Below are positions 44,337 through 54,021 of a stretch of DNA of 64,000 nt, one piece after another (position 1 is the first letter of the stretch; each line of letters starts with the position of its first letter). The notes beneath the pieces are model-generated. The model was not told the origin of the DNA. It worked only from the letters and a program-made list of their open reading frames with translations, and searched no databases. Origin of the DNA: Candidatus Anderseniibacteriota bacterium (GTDB lineage: Bacteria; Patescibacteriota; Andersenbacteria; UBA10190); the NCBI GenBank assembly GCA_016197005.1, contig JACPWO010000004.1, forward strand, positions 70,305-134,304. Direction: 5' to 3'. A program made the position numbers and the translations under genes.

Positions 44337-44990
44337 TTAACCTTCAACTAATCCTCCTGGATCTCCTCCAGGTCCTGACTCAGATGTTCCGACGAACTGA
44401 ATATCAAATGTACATGTTGCTCCTTGATCCTCCGCGTCGCTTGAAAGACTAGCAAACACAGTAACTTCTGCGTGTTGATCTGGGGTAAGAGATCCAACAG
44501 TAGTGGTGTTTGTGAACCAATCTGCGAGTGGTATATTTCCGCTCTCCTCTGCTCCAACTTTTATGTTGAGAGAAAGGTCGTTTTCTAACCCAGGGGCACT
44601 GCACACGGGTGCAGCTACAAATGTTGGCAGTAAGGTCATGGTCACATCAGAACTCCCAGGCGTTACCCCAGGTGCGTATGTATTACAGTTGGTTGTGTCG
44701 TTATTATTGTCGAGCGTACCGCTGTCGTTTCCGACGTACAGATCTTGTCCCAGTGTTAATTCCTCATCAGTATCTCCGGGAACAAGATTGTTTAGTGTCA
44801 TGCTTGGAGTGATTGTTGTTTTCCATCCATCACCCGCACTATTACAAAGCTTCAACTCTGCTGTTCCAGTAGCTAAGGTGTTGTTAGCGATAGTTACAGG
44901 AGTAGAGGTGAAGGCAGCGTAGGTAGCGCTGATGCCAAGCACTAAAACGATAGCAATAAAGCTCATGCTCTTCATGAGTTGCTTGTTCAT
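44337..44990 (-). CDS. TasA/CalY-like protein with SipW-dependent signal peptide
   Basis: ISATYAAFTS...NTLATGT..L, NLVPGD; SD GGAGGGGGTGA. Confidence 0.8.
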   Translation of the reverse strand: MNKQLMKSMSFIAIVLVLGISATYAAFTSTPVTIANNTLATGTAELKLCNSAGDGWKTTITPSMTLNNLVPGDTDEELTLGQDLYVGNDSGTLDNNNDTTNCNTYAPGVTPGSSDVTMTLLPTFVAAPVCSAPGLENDLSLNIKVGAEESGNIPLADWFTNTTTVGSLTPDQHAEVTVFASLSSDAEDQGATCTFDIQFVGTSESGPGGDPGGLVEG

Positions 44991-45078
44991 ACAATCACCC
45001 CCTCCCAATGCATATCTTTCTTTAGTGTAGCCGGTAAAAATCACTTAACATAGGAAATGTTTCCACAGCTTCGATATT

Positions 45079-46014
45079 CTACTCAGATAAAGCTCTGATA
45101 TTTTCACGCATGAGATTTATGTATGTATCTCGAGGAGGAATGCCGCCAATGTCATCAAGTGTTTTCACAGAAAGACCTAAGTTATCTTGAAAGAACCGAG
45201 TAGCACCGATCGAATGTTCAGCTGGTTCATTGTAAAACGCACCAATATTATGCTCAGACACAAGTTTTTGGAGCCGCTGTATGTCGGATATTGATGGTTC
45301 TTTACCTGCAACTGGCTCATACGCAGCCGCAAGCTCAAAACCATACTGTTGAGCTAAGTATGACCAGGCATTATGCACAGCAATAAACTCAGTGTGTTTA
45401 GCGCTACGTGCTTGCAGCTGAAGTTCTTTTTCTACCGTGGCAAGTTCTTCGGTGTAAGCAATTAAATTGCTGGCGTATACCTCACTGTTTATAGGGTCAA
45501 TCTCCTGCAGGGTTTGGGCAATAGTAGTTGCGATTTGTTGTCCATTCGGAATTGTTAACCAATAATGAGGATCGGTTCCAGTCTCCTCGTGTTCGTCTCC
45601 TTCTTCACCCTCATGATGCTCATCTTCCGCTTCAAATTCACGGAGCTTTATACCTTCATCCACGGTAACAATTGGTACTTCTGTAGCTCGGGTAATGGCG
45701 TCAGCTGCCCACGCATCAAGCTTGTGACCGATGACAAAGAGTACTTTAGCGTTGTTAATATCGGTCAGTTGTTGAGGCGACAAATTGTAAGAATGGGGAG
45801 AAGCGCCAGGGGGAAGGAGCTGAATAACATACACGTCTTCTCCAGCGATGTTACGAGCAATATCAGCCAGAGGGAAAATAGTGGTAGCAATTGTGAGTCG
45901 AGAAGGTGGCTGCTCTACAGATTGTCTGGCAACTAGCGTAATAATACCGGCTGCTAAAAGGAGGACTACAACGGTAGTGATAATGAACAAATACTTTTGT
46001 GGAGATACAATCAT
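45079..46014 (-). CDS. Zn/Mn ABC substrate-binding protein (ZnuA-like)
   Basis: GASPHSY, His/Glu loop, DPHYW, HNAWSY. Confidence 0.92.
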   Translation of the reverse strand: MIVSPQKYLFIITTVVVLLLAAGIITLVARQSVEQPPSRLTIATTIFPLADIARNIAGEDVYVIQLLPPGASPHSYNLSPQQLTDINNAKVLFVIGHKLDAWAADAITRATEVPIVTVDEGIKLREFEAEDEHHEGEEGDEHEETGTDPHYWLTIPNGQQIATTIAQTLQEIDPINSEVYASNLIAYTEELATVEKELQLQARSAKHTEFIAVHNAWSYLAQQYGFELAAAYEPVAGKEPSISDIQRLQKLVSEHNIGAFYNEPAEHSIGATRFFQDNLGLSVKTLDDIGGIPPRDTYINLMRENIRALSE

Positions 46015-46105
46015 ATGAATTATTCTGATCTATTTAAGTATTAAAAGTAATAATATTCTTCAAGCGATTTAAGAGGCGTACATAATGGGAAATGCATTTT
46101 AATAT

Positions 46106-46158
46106 ATGCGAATTATTTGCATTAGATAAAGAGTTGCATATATGCGAGTTACTTGCAA
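46106..46158. promoter_or_regulatory. Two Fur-family operator-like palindromes
   Basis: ATGCGAATTATTTGCAT (46106-46122) and ATGCGAGTTACTTGCAA (46142-46158) between divergent znuA-like and fur genes. Confidence 0.65.
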
Positions 46159-46168
46159 GTATGAGTAT

Positions 46169-46576
46169 GTGAATAACTCGATAGAAGAATTTAAGGAGCA
46201 GTTGAGAAAGGTCGGGTTGCGGATAACACCCGCTCGTTTAGTTATACTCACTCTCTTGCAAAACCACTCCAAGCCCCTGGAGGTTAGGTCGGTTTTACGA
46301 CTTCTGAAAGCGTCGGCTCCTGACCAGGCAACGGTATATCGGGCTCTTTCCTCGCTGACAACTTGTGGATTGGTAAAAGCAATCACGCTCAAATCTGGCA
46401 TTGTGAGTTATGAGATCGCAAATCTTCCGCATCATCATCATCTTATTTGTGAACGATGTGGGTACGTTGAAGATGTTGAGACGTGTTGTGAATCTCCTCG
46501 GCCACGAGTGGCATCATTTACCATAGTTAACGATCATCGTTTAGAATTTTCTGGGATTTGTAACAACTGCGCATGA
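46169..46576 (+). CDS. Fur-family regulator, probably Zur
   Basis: GLRITPAR, ATVYRAL, HHHHLICERCG, GICNNC. Confidence 0.93.
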   Translation: MNNSIEEFKEQLRKVGLRITPARLVILTLLQNHSKPLEVRSVLRLLKASAPDQATVYRALSSLTTCGLVKAITLKSGIVSYEIANLPHHHHLICERCGYVEDVETCCESPRPRVASFTIVNDHRLEFSGICNNCA

Positions 46577-47742
46577 TGACTGATACGAAAAAGTTTCTTT
46601 TGTACCTGTTGTTACTGGCTGTGGTGCCATCGTCAGTCCATGCACAAGATAATTCCTCGGAGTTTAAAGTTGTCCCTGAGGAATCAGTAACACCGCCGAT
46701 GATTGAACCGGAAGAGTTTTATCGAGGAGAGGTTATTGAAATTATAGAAGAGCATCAAGAAGATTTTGGGCTAGGTGGCACTCGACCGTTTGTTCAAACG
46801 ATAAAAGTAAAAGTTCTTACCGGACCAGAAACAGAGCAAGAAAAAACACTGGAATATGATTCGTTAATGGAAGAGCAGAAAGTAGCAATCGGACAGCGAG
46901 TTGTTCTCCTTACGCCGAATAACACGACTTACATCTTTGATCGCTACCGACTGCCAGCACTAGGAGGAATTCTTCTCTTGTTCGCGGCACTGGCAATTGC
47001 GTTTGCCGGATGGCGAGGACTGACATCTCTGGTTGGATTGGGAGTAAGCGTACTGGTCTTAGCTCTCTACGTGGTGCCGCGAATAATGGCTGGAGGAAAT
47101 CCACTCGTTGCCAGTCTGATCGGGGCGCTTATGATTACATTTGTATCTATTTACTTAGCCCATGGATTTAACCAGCGTACGACTATAGCAGTAACAAGTA
47201 CTCTTATCACTGTTGTATTAGCAATTGGACTAGCGCAGTTATTTGTCCAGTGGACAAGCTTAACCGGATCGGGATCGGAAGAGGCGTTTCACCTCCAAAC
47301 TTCCCCGATAGCATTTGTAAATCTAAAAGGACTACTCCTCGGCGGCATTATTATTGGTGCGTTGGGTGTTCTTGATGATATTACGACTGCTCAGACGGCT
47401 GCGGTGTATGAGATTTGGCGAGCAAATCCACGTCTTTCTCGTCGAGAATTATTTAAGCGAGGTACTTCAGTGGGAAAAGAACATATAACTTCCCTTGTTA
47501 ATACGCTTGCTTTGGCTTACGTGGGCGCTTCATTTCCTGCCCTTCTCCTTTTTACTGTGTACCAGCGACCGTGGTGGGTGGTAGTAAATACAGAGATGAT
47601 CTCAGAGGAAATTGTTCGTACTTTGGTAGGCAGTATTGCACTTATGGCGGCAGTTCCTATTAGTACTTCAATCGCTGTCTGGTGGCTTGCTCGTCGGCAG
47701 CTTGACGCCTCGGGGGGCCATGCGACAATTAAAGTACATTGA
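46573..47742 (+). CDS. YibE/F-family membrane protein
   Basis: GALGVLDDIT, VNTLALAYVG, EEIVRT. Confidence 0.92.
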   Translation: MMTDTKKFLLYLLLLAVVPSSVHAQDNSSEFKVVPEESVTPPMIEPEEFYRGEVIEIIEEHQEDFGLGGTRPFVQTIKVKVLTGPETEQEKTLEYDSLMEEQKVAIGQRVVLLTPNNTTYIFDRYRLPALGGILLLFAALAIAFAGWRGLTSLVGLGVSVLVLALYVVPRIMAGGNPLVASLIGALMITFVSIYLAHGFNQRTTIAVTSTLITVVLAIGLAQLFVQWTSLTGSGSEEAFHLQTSPIAFVNLKGLLLGGIIIGALGVLDDITTAQTAAVYEIWRANPRLSRRELFKRGTSVGKEHITSLVNTLALAYVGASFPALLLFTVYQRPWWVVVNTEMISEEIVRTLVGSIALMAAVPISTSIAVWWLARRQLDASGGHATIKVH

Positions 47743-47761
47743 TCCTTAAACGTAAAACAAT

Positions 47762-48178
47762 ATGACAATCGAAGTTAATTGGTTTTCAGTGTTAGCTGCC
47801 GCTGTATCTAGTATGGTGGTAGGAAGTATCTGGTATGCCAAACCAGTATTTGGCACAATCTGGCAGAAGCAAGTTAAGCTAACTGATGCGCAAATGAAAA
47901 AAGGTGCTACCAAAGCACTGACAGGAGCTTTTCTCCTCGCCATTATTGCTGCCTATGTGTTAGCTCACGTCACGCAGCTTTCGCAGGCTTTCTTTGGATA
48001 TACACCGGTCGTAGCAGCACTTAGTACTGCATTTTGGCTATGGCTTGGAATTTCCATGACAACTATTGTCATTCATGCCTTGTTCGAACAGCGCAACACA
48101 ACGCTCACGATTCTGCACGTCGCTAATCAGTTGGTGACAATGCTGGTTATGGGATTAGTGATTGGGCTGCTTCAATAA
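47762..48178 (+). CDS. DUF1761-family membrane protein
   Basis: VNW..VL.A...GSIWY...FG..W. Confidence 0.85.
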   Translation: MTIEVNWFSVLAAAVSSMVVGSIWYAKPVFGTIWQKQVKLTDAQMKKGATKALTGAFLLAIIAAYVLAHVTQLSQAFFGYTPVVAALSTAFWLWLGISMTTIVIHALFEQRNTTLTILHVANQLVTMLVMGLVIGLLQ

Positions 48179-48195
48179 AATTCCGTTTTACAGAT

Positions 48196-48927
48196 ATGAA
48201 TAATGTTATTAGCGCCGTGATCGTTGCCGGACTATTTTATCTAGCCGGTCAGTATGTTGTTTCATCTCCGAATAGAGAACAGCAAGCTCTCGAGGCTGAT
48301 CGAGAAATTACCGTAGCTGGCGAATCCACTATTTCAACCCGCCCAGACATTGCAAAAATAACAGTAGGGACGCAAACGGAACCTCGTTCAACGGCGCAAG
48401 CCGCCCTGGAAGACCTAACAACCAAATTTGATCAAGTGGTGGATGCTTTAGAAAAAGTTGGCATTGAGGAAAAAGATATTCGCACCACCAATTTTTCGCT
48501 CAATCCTCAGTACGACTTCACTCCTGATGGTCGACAGACATTGCGAGGATATACCGCTTCAGAAAATGTCATTGTGACAGTTCGGGATTTAGAGAAGATT
48601 GGTGACGTCATATCCCAAACTACTGCCGCTGGAGCGAATCAAGTCGGTGGAGTTTCGTTTGAAATCGATGAAGACTCAGACATTAAAGCTCAAGCTGAAG
48701 AAGAAGCAATTCAAGACGCCCGAGAGAAGGCTGAACGCTTAGCTGATGCACTGGGGACTTCACTCGGATCTGTAAAAAGATACCAAGCTTCGTCTGGTGG
48801 TGGTTACCCAGTTCCTCTGTATGACACGCTGCAAGCTGAAGGTCGGGGAGGAGATGCGGCATTAAAAGTTCCAGTTGGTGAGAATGAAACGACAGTTAAT
48901 GTGTCGGTTACATTTGAATTGAGGTAG
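48196..48927 (+). CDS. SIMPL (DUF541) protein
   Basis: ITVAGE...PD.A, GANQV.G.SF, AREKAE.LA. Confidence 0.92.
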   Translation: MNNVISAVIVAGLFYLAGQYVVSSPNREQQALEADREITVAGESTISTRPDIAKITVGTQTEPRSTAQAALEDLTTKFDQVVDALEKVGIEEKDIRTTNFSLNPQYDFTPDGRQTLRGYTASENVIVTVRDLEKIGDVISQTTAAGANQVGGVSFEIDEDSDIKAQAEEEAIQDAREKAERLADALGTSLGSVKRYQASSGGGYPVPLYDTLQAEGRGGDAALKVPVGENETTVNVSVTFELR

Positions 48928-49000
48928 CTAGTAGTAATAAAAGGCTCCGCTATGATTTTAGGGAGCCACCAGATTCCTCGAGTTAGCCGTACCTTACCGG

Positions 49001-49621
49001 TTACAATTCACTAATCATCTTGTGAGTCTCGAGCACGATTTCCGCGACTTGAAATAGTTTAAGATTCTTCTTGTGGCGACCATATCCCGTGGAGTTTTGG
49101 GATTGTCTTCGCATAGTTCGCATAGCTTCTGCTCCAGTGCACCCAATTAATTCCATAAGTGCATCTTTTCCTTGCTCGATTGTTATTCTTTCTTGCAGTT
49201 TCCGGGCGCTTTCTTCTATATATGGGTAACGAGCGATTGCCCACTGGATAGCACACATAAGCTGGTGAGCTCCAATGGGTTTAATCAGTATGCCCATGGA
49301 ATTGGGACCCTTATTAACTGTTTGTGCTGTATCTTCAGATACGTTTCCAGTGAAAGATAGAACGGGAAGATGAATATTGTTATCCGCGAGCTGGACAGCG
49401 ACGTCTGAACAAGTGGTAGGGGGTAAGTGCAAATCAGCGAGAATCAAATCGGGAAGTTGGCTCTTTCGTCGTAGACGCATGCACGTTTCTAGTAGATCAG
49501 TGCCATCTTTGCATTCCGACAAAACGTTAATCTTTACCTTGATAAGTGCCTCCTTTATTGTGTTGAGGGACTGTTCATTAGGATCTGCTACAACAACAGA
49601 GTGTCTTTGTTTACACCACAT
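49001..49621 (-). CDS. Response regulator with ANTAR output domain
   Basis: PDLILADLHLP, LIKP; ERITIEQGKDALM...EAMRTMRRQSQN...VAE. Confidence 0.85.
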   Translation of the reverse strand: MWCKQRHSVVVADPNEQSLNTIKEALIKVKINVLSECKDGTDLLETCMRLRRKSQLPDLILADLHLPPTTCSDVAVQLADNNIHLPVLSFTGNVSEDTAQTVNKGPNSMGILIKPIGAHQLMCAIQWAIARYPYIEESARKLQERITIEQGKDALMELIGCTGAEAMRTMRRQSQNSTGYGRHKKNLKLFQVAEIVLETHKMISEL

Positions 49622-49859
49622 GCTCCCCTCCAGAGGTAAGGAAACAAATGAGGTTGGAAAGTACAGTCAAGTCTCTTGGAACCACAGGAAAAGGTACCAC
49701 TCTAAAGCGTATTTGCAAAGGCTTTGGTGGGGTTGTTATCTTCTTGTCGGTTCTACGACTTAGTATGTTGATACTATGAACTCGTAGTAAATTAGGCCTA
49801 CGTAAAGATGAAAACTTGCCGGAAAAGAAGACCTTTGCCACTATAAGGGCGTGCCCTAC

Positions 49860-50624
49860 ATGTCATTTGCGGCTGATCTCAAAAGCCTTGGTCTTTCGGA
49901 TAAAGAAGCAGCGGTCTACATGGCTGCTTTGGGGCTGGGCCCAAGCACAGTCCTGAGAATTTCTCGAAGAGCGCAGGTAGCCCGTGCGACGACATATCTC
50001 GTGCTTGAGTCCCTGGCCAAACAAGGCCTCATCACAAAATACGAGGAAGCGGGGAAGATTTTGTTTGTCGCTGATAACCCCCATCAACTCAAGATATTAC
50101 TAGAGCGTCGAGAAAAGGAATTTCAGGAAAGCGAAGACCGACTTGAAAATCTTCTGCCGAAATTAATGGCTTTCGTGCAGTCTTCCGACGATCGTCCACT
50201 CGTAAAATATTACAGTGGTGTTGAAGGCTTGAAAGCCATTCGGACTGAAATGACTATGTCGAGTAAGCCAGGCGATGTATGGCGCAATTTATCCCCCTTT
50301 GATCCCATGCGCAAGCAGTTAGGAGACGAAGAGTTTTTATATGTAAAACCTCGACGGGCCAAATCCATTAAATCACGCACAATTTTTACTACTACATCTC
50401 CTGAATTAAAAAAGGTTACTCTTGAAAATGCCGCTAAACAATTAGTAGAGCGACGTTTCATTAACCCTAAGCGATATACAAGCACAAGTGGCTTTACCGT
50501 GTTCCCAGGAAAAGTTGGGATTGGAACATTCAGCGACAATGTCGGTGGAGTGATTATTGAAAGTGAATCAGTTGCCCAAATGATGACGGAACTTTTTGAT
50601 GCTGTTTGGGAGTCACTAAAGTAA
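49860..50624 (+). CDS. TrmB-family transcriptional regulator
   Basis: LGLSDKEAAVY...RATTY.VL..L..QGLI; YSGVEGLK; IIES. Confidence 0.9.
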   Translation: MSFAADLKSLGLSDKEAAVYMAALGLGPSTVLRISRRAQVARATTYLVLESLAKQGLITKYEEAGKILFVADNPHQLKILLERREKEFQESEDRLENLLPKLMAFVQSSDDRPLVKYYSGVEGLKAIRTEMTMSSKPGDVWRNLSPFDPMRKQLGDEEFLYVKPRRAKSIKSRTIFTTTSPELKKVTLENAAKQLVERRFINPKRYTSTSGFTVFPGKVGIGTFSDNVGGVIIESESVAQMMTELFDAVWESLK

Positions 50625-50639
50625 CTCGTGTTAATAATC

Positions 50640-50667
50640 TTGACAGGTATTTTCTGACTCTTACTCT
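50640..50667 (+). promoter_or_regulatory. Sigma70-type promoter
   Basis: TTGACA-16-TACTCT. Confidence 0.55.
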
Positions 50668-50962
50668 AACAAGTAAGGACATACTGCTGGCCCTATTGTG
50701 AAGCTTATCAGGGGCTAAAGGAAGAATCCCGATAACGTTTCGACGATAAGGTTCGGTTGTCCCCAGTAAGCCCATAGCGTGGCCAAACAACGAGTGCGAA
50801 TGTGCTTACGCTGTCGTCGAGGCCGCTAAGAAGCCCTCCCGATTTTTCAGGATTTCTTCTAAAAGGGTATAGGACATGACCCCAGTGGCCAAGATACTTC
50901 TGCTCAATTGGCACCATGCCGAGCGAGCTGTGAGAGACAGTCACATGAGGAGGTGCCTCACG

Positions 50963-51010
50963 ATGAAGACTTTCAAAAGTCTGAATCTGAATGGCGTTGG
51001 GGGAGGCTAA
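50963..51010 (+). CDS. Possible 15-aa peptide MKTFKSLNLNGVGGG
   Basis: SD GAGGAGGT 8 nt before ATG; terminator downstream. Confidence 0.45.
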   Translation: MKTFKSLNLNGVGGG

Positions 51011-51052
51011 GGTCTTCCCGACTGGAGATTATCCAGTTGCACGTTGCGTTTC

Positions 51053-51110
51053 AGCCCGACAGTTTATTTCGTCTTCAGACGAGAAACAACTGTCGGGCTC
51101 CTTTCTTTTG
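51053..51110 (+). terminator. Long-stem intrinsic terminator
   Basis: AGCCCGACAGTT/AACTGTCGGGCT followed by CTTTCTTTT. Confidence 0.7.
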
Positions 51111-51206
51111 TAATAAGGTGTTAACCACTCTGACACTTCCTTATTGCGATACTGTCTCAATGTCAGAGACTGAAAACATGTATAGAGAGAGGGGAGGTGA
51201 GGACAG

Positions 51207-51623
51207 ATGGCACTTGCAATCGGATTGTTTCCTAACAGTAGAAACACCATGGAAGCGTCAAATCAAATGGCGCGCTTTGGAATCACTCGAAAAGATATTG
51301 CAGTCGCAACTGCTGGCGAAGCGCCGCAGAGTAATCCCGTCAAACCTCTTTCTGTATCGGGGTTTCTAGAGGACTCTTTGCGTCGGGGGGGAATTCGGAC
51401 AGTAGGAACAGATATCGTAATTCAAATGGTTCGAGAGGGAATCAGTCTCAAGGATGCGTTTGCTTCACTGCAAGGTATCAAGAAGGGGTATACGATGCTT
51501 GCGGTTCATACGCAGTCATCTGAGTCCCCCTGGATCGCTGAATTGATGCGGCGTAACGGAGCGGTGGAAGCTCATGATTCTGAGACAGAAGCTGGCATGA
51601 AAAAACTCGCAATGGTGGCGTAA
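51207..51623 (+). CDS. Hypothetical protein
   Basis: SD GGGGAGGTGA; 138 aa. Confidence 0.7.
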   Translation: MALAIGLFPNSRNTMEASNQMARFGITRKDIAVATAGEAPQSNPVKPLSVSGFLEDSLRRGGIRTVGTDIVIQMVREGISLKDAFASLQGIKKGYTMLAVHTQSSESPWIAELMRRNGAVEAHDSETEAGMKKLAMVA

Positions 51624-51664
51624 ATATTGCCGTGGGTAGCAAGGAGATGGTATATACTGGCGCA

Positions 51665-53989
51665 ATGAGCCAAGACACTAAATCTCAACTGCCCACGGTT
51701 TATATTATGTTCGGCGCAACGGGCGATTTAGCCCGCCGCAAGCTTATCCCAGCCCTTTTTGCGCTGTATAAAAAGAAGCTCCTACCAGCTCTTTTCCAGG
51801 TAGTTGGGTTCTCTCGCAGTGCTCGCACTGATGCTGAATTTCAGACATATGTGGCAGAAATTACTGGTTCAAAAGAATTTGCACAGCTCTTCTATTATCG
51901 CTCTGGATTATTTGAGGACCCGACTGGATATAAGGATTTAGCGAAGTTGCTGGGGAAGCAAGACAAAGAGTGGCATACCTGTGCTAATAAGTTATTTCAC
52001 TTAGCAGTCCCGCCTCAGTATTACCAAACAATTTTTCAAAACTTGGATGCCTCGGGCTTAACCGAACCATGTGGTCCTGACGAAGGTTGGACGCGCGTTA
52101 TTGTTGAAAAACCATTTGGCAAAGATCTCACAACGGCTCAAGAACTTGATCTCCTGCTCGGAAAACTGTTTCGAGAAGAGCAGATCTTTCGTATTGACCA
52201 CTACTTAGGCAAGGAAACTGCCCGCAATATTTTAGCTTTCCGCTTCTCCAATACATTTTTACAGCCATCCTGGGATAGTCGATCAATAGAATCTGTCCAC
52301 GTGCATTTTCCAGAAGAAAGTGACTTAGAAGGCCGGGGTAGTTTTTACGATGGGGTAGGGGCACTACGAGATGTGGGGCAAAATCACATGCTCCAGCTTT
52401 TGGCGCTGTTTCTCATGGATAATCCAGGACAGTTTGATGCGGATTCAATTCGACGGGAACGAACACGTGTCCTCGAAGCACTCGAAGTGATGGATGAGCA
52501 GGATATTATTGAACGGACAGTACGTGGACAGTATGAAGGGTATAAGGAGACTGAGAAAATTGATTCGGCGTCACAAACCGAAACATTTTTTCACATTCAA
52601 ACGCATGTCAATCTTCCGAAGTGGCACGGCGTTCCCATTTTTCTTGAACACGGGAAAGCATTGAATGAGTCTAAATTTGAAATCTTTGTAAACTTCCGCC
52701 ATCACACGCCGTGTCTATGCCCACCGGGGCAGCATTACAAAAATGAATTACGGTACCGAGTGCAGCCGGATGAAGGAATATTCACGTCGTTCTGGGTAAA
52801 AAAACCAGGGACGGAAATGAAGCTGGAGCAGAAGGACTTTTCATTTGATTACCACCGAGCCTATGACGAAGGAGAGTTCCTCGATGCGTACGTGAAGCTC
52901 CTACTGGATGCTATTAATGGCGATCAAACCTTGTTTGTAAGTACCGATGAAATTACCGCGAGCTGGCGCTTTACTGATCCAATTGTACGAGCGTGGCAGG
53001 CCGGCCTCGTCCCTCTTATCGCCTATCCCAAAGGCGCTGATCGTCAGGAAGTACTCAAGCGAGCACCTACGCCCAAATTTGCCCGCAAACAAATTGGCTA
53101 CATTGGTTTGGGCAAAATGGGTGCCAGTATGGTGGAGCGTTTGCTAGAGCATGAATGGGAAGTAGTGGCCCACGATCCAGATAAAAAAGCTCGCGAGCGA
53201 GTTGCGGCAATTGGTGCCAAGGCAGCTGGCTCTGCCAGTGAGGTCGTAGATCAGCTGCGTTCACCTCGTATTATTTGGCTGATGGTGCCACATCAAGTGG
53301 TGGACGAAGTGTTAAAAGAAATTACGCCGAAACTAGCGAAGGAAGACATTGTTATTGATGGTGGTAATACTTTCTATAAAGACTCAGTAAAGCGAGCGCA
53401 GGAACTTTCGAATCAAGGCATTCGTTTCCTTGATGTGGGCGTGAGCGGCGGACCAAAAGGAGCTCGACTCGGAGCCTGCCTCATGATTGGCGGACCTTAC
53501 GATGCTTACAAGCGAATGATGGGATTATTTAACGATATAGCCTCGGCTGGCGGATATGATTACATGGGCAAGTCTGGTTCTGGTCATTTCGTAAAAATGA
53601 TACATAACGGTATTGAATACGGCATGATGCAAGCTATTAGTGAAGGATTTGCCGTTCTAAAGAACTGGCCGGAAGAAAAACTAGATCTGGAACGGATTGC
53701 CAGTCTCTTCAATCATGGCAGTGTTATTGAATCTCGCTTAATTGGGTGGCTTAAAAATGCGTACGACAAGTATGGATTGGATTTAGATGAAGTGTCCGGC
53801 GAAGTTGCACATAGTGGTGAGGGTAGGTGGACAGTAGAGGCGGCTAAAGAATTAGGTATCCCCGCTCCAGTTATTGAACGTGCACTGCAGTTCCGTGTCG
53901 ATTCTGAGGACAATCCTAGCTATAGTGGTAAAATTCTTTCTGCTCTTCGCAATCAATTTGGTGGTCATAGCATAGGGAAGCTGAAATAA
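51665..53989 (+). CDS. zwf-gnd: Fused glucose-6-phosphate dehydrogenase / 6-phosphogluconate dehydrogenase
   Basis: GATGDLA, EKPFG, RIDHYLGK, RDVGQNH; then GLGKMG, DGGN, GVSGG, VKMIHNGIEYG, LRNQFGGH. Confidence 0.93.
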   Translation: MSQDTKSQLPTVYIMFGATGDLARRKLIPALFALYKKKLLPALFQVVGFSRSARTDAEFQTYVAEITGSKEFAQLFYYRSGLFEDPTGYKDLAKLLGKQDKEWHTCANKLFHLAVPPQYYQTIFQNLDASGLTEPCGPDEGWTRVIVEKPFGKDLTTAQELDLLLGKLFREEQIFRIDHYLGKETARNILAFRFSNTFLQPSWDSRSIESVHVHFPEESDLEGRGSFYDGVGALRDVGQNHMLQLLALFLMDNPGQFDADSIRRERTRVLEALEVMDEQDIIERTVRGQYEGYKETEKIDSASQTETFFHIQTHVNLPKWHGVPIFLEHGKALNESKFEIFVNFRHHTPCLCPPGQHYKNELRYRVQPDEGIFTSFWVKKPGTEMKLEQKDFSFDYHRAYDEGEFLDAYVKLLLDAINGDQTLFVSTDEITASWRFTDPIVRAWQAGLVPLIAYPKGADRQEVLKRAPTPKFARKQIGYIGLGKMGASMVERLLEHEWEVVAHDPDKKARERVAAIGAKAAGSASEVVDQLRSPRIIWLMVPHQVVDEVLKEITPKLAKEDIVIDGGNTFYKDSVKRAQELSNQGIRFLDVGVSGGPKGARLGACLMIGGPYDAYKRMMGLFNDIASAGGYDYMGKSGSGHFVKMIHNGIEYGMMQAISEGFAVLKNWPEEKLDLERIASLFNHGSVIESRLIGWLKNAYDKYGLDLDEVSGEVAHSGEGRWTVEAAKELGIPAPVIERALQFRVDSEDNPSYSGKILSALRNQFGGHSIGKLK

Positions 53990-54021
53990 GATCATTGACG
54001 GCCCGAACAATTGAGCAAAGT

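Noticed and set aside
49622-49850. ANTAR dual-hairpin target upstream of the regulator
   Set aside because: Only a single weak GCAAAG-like element; no paired hexaloop hairpins.
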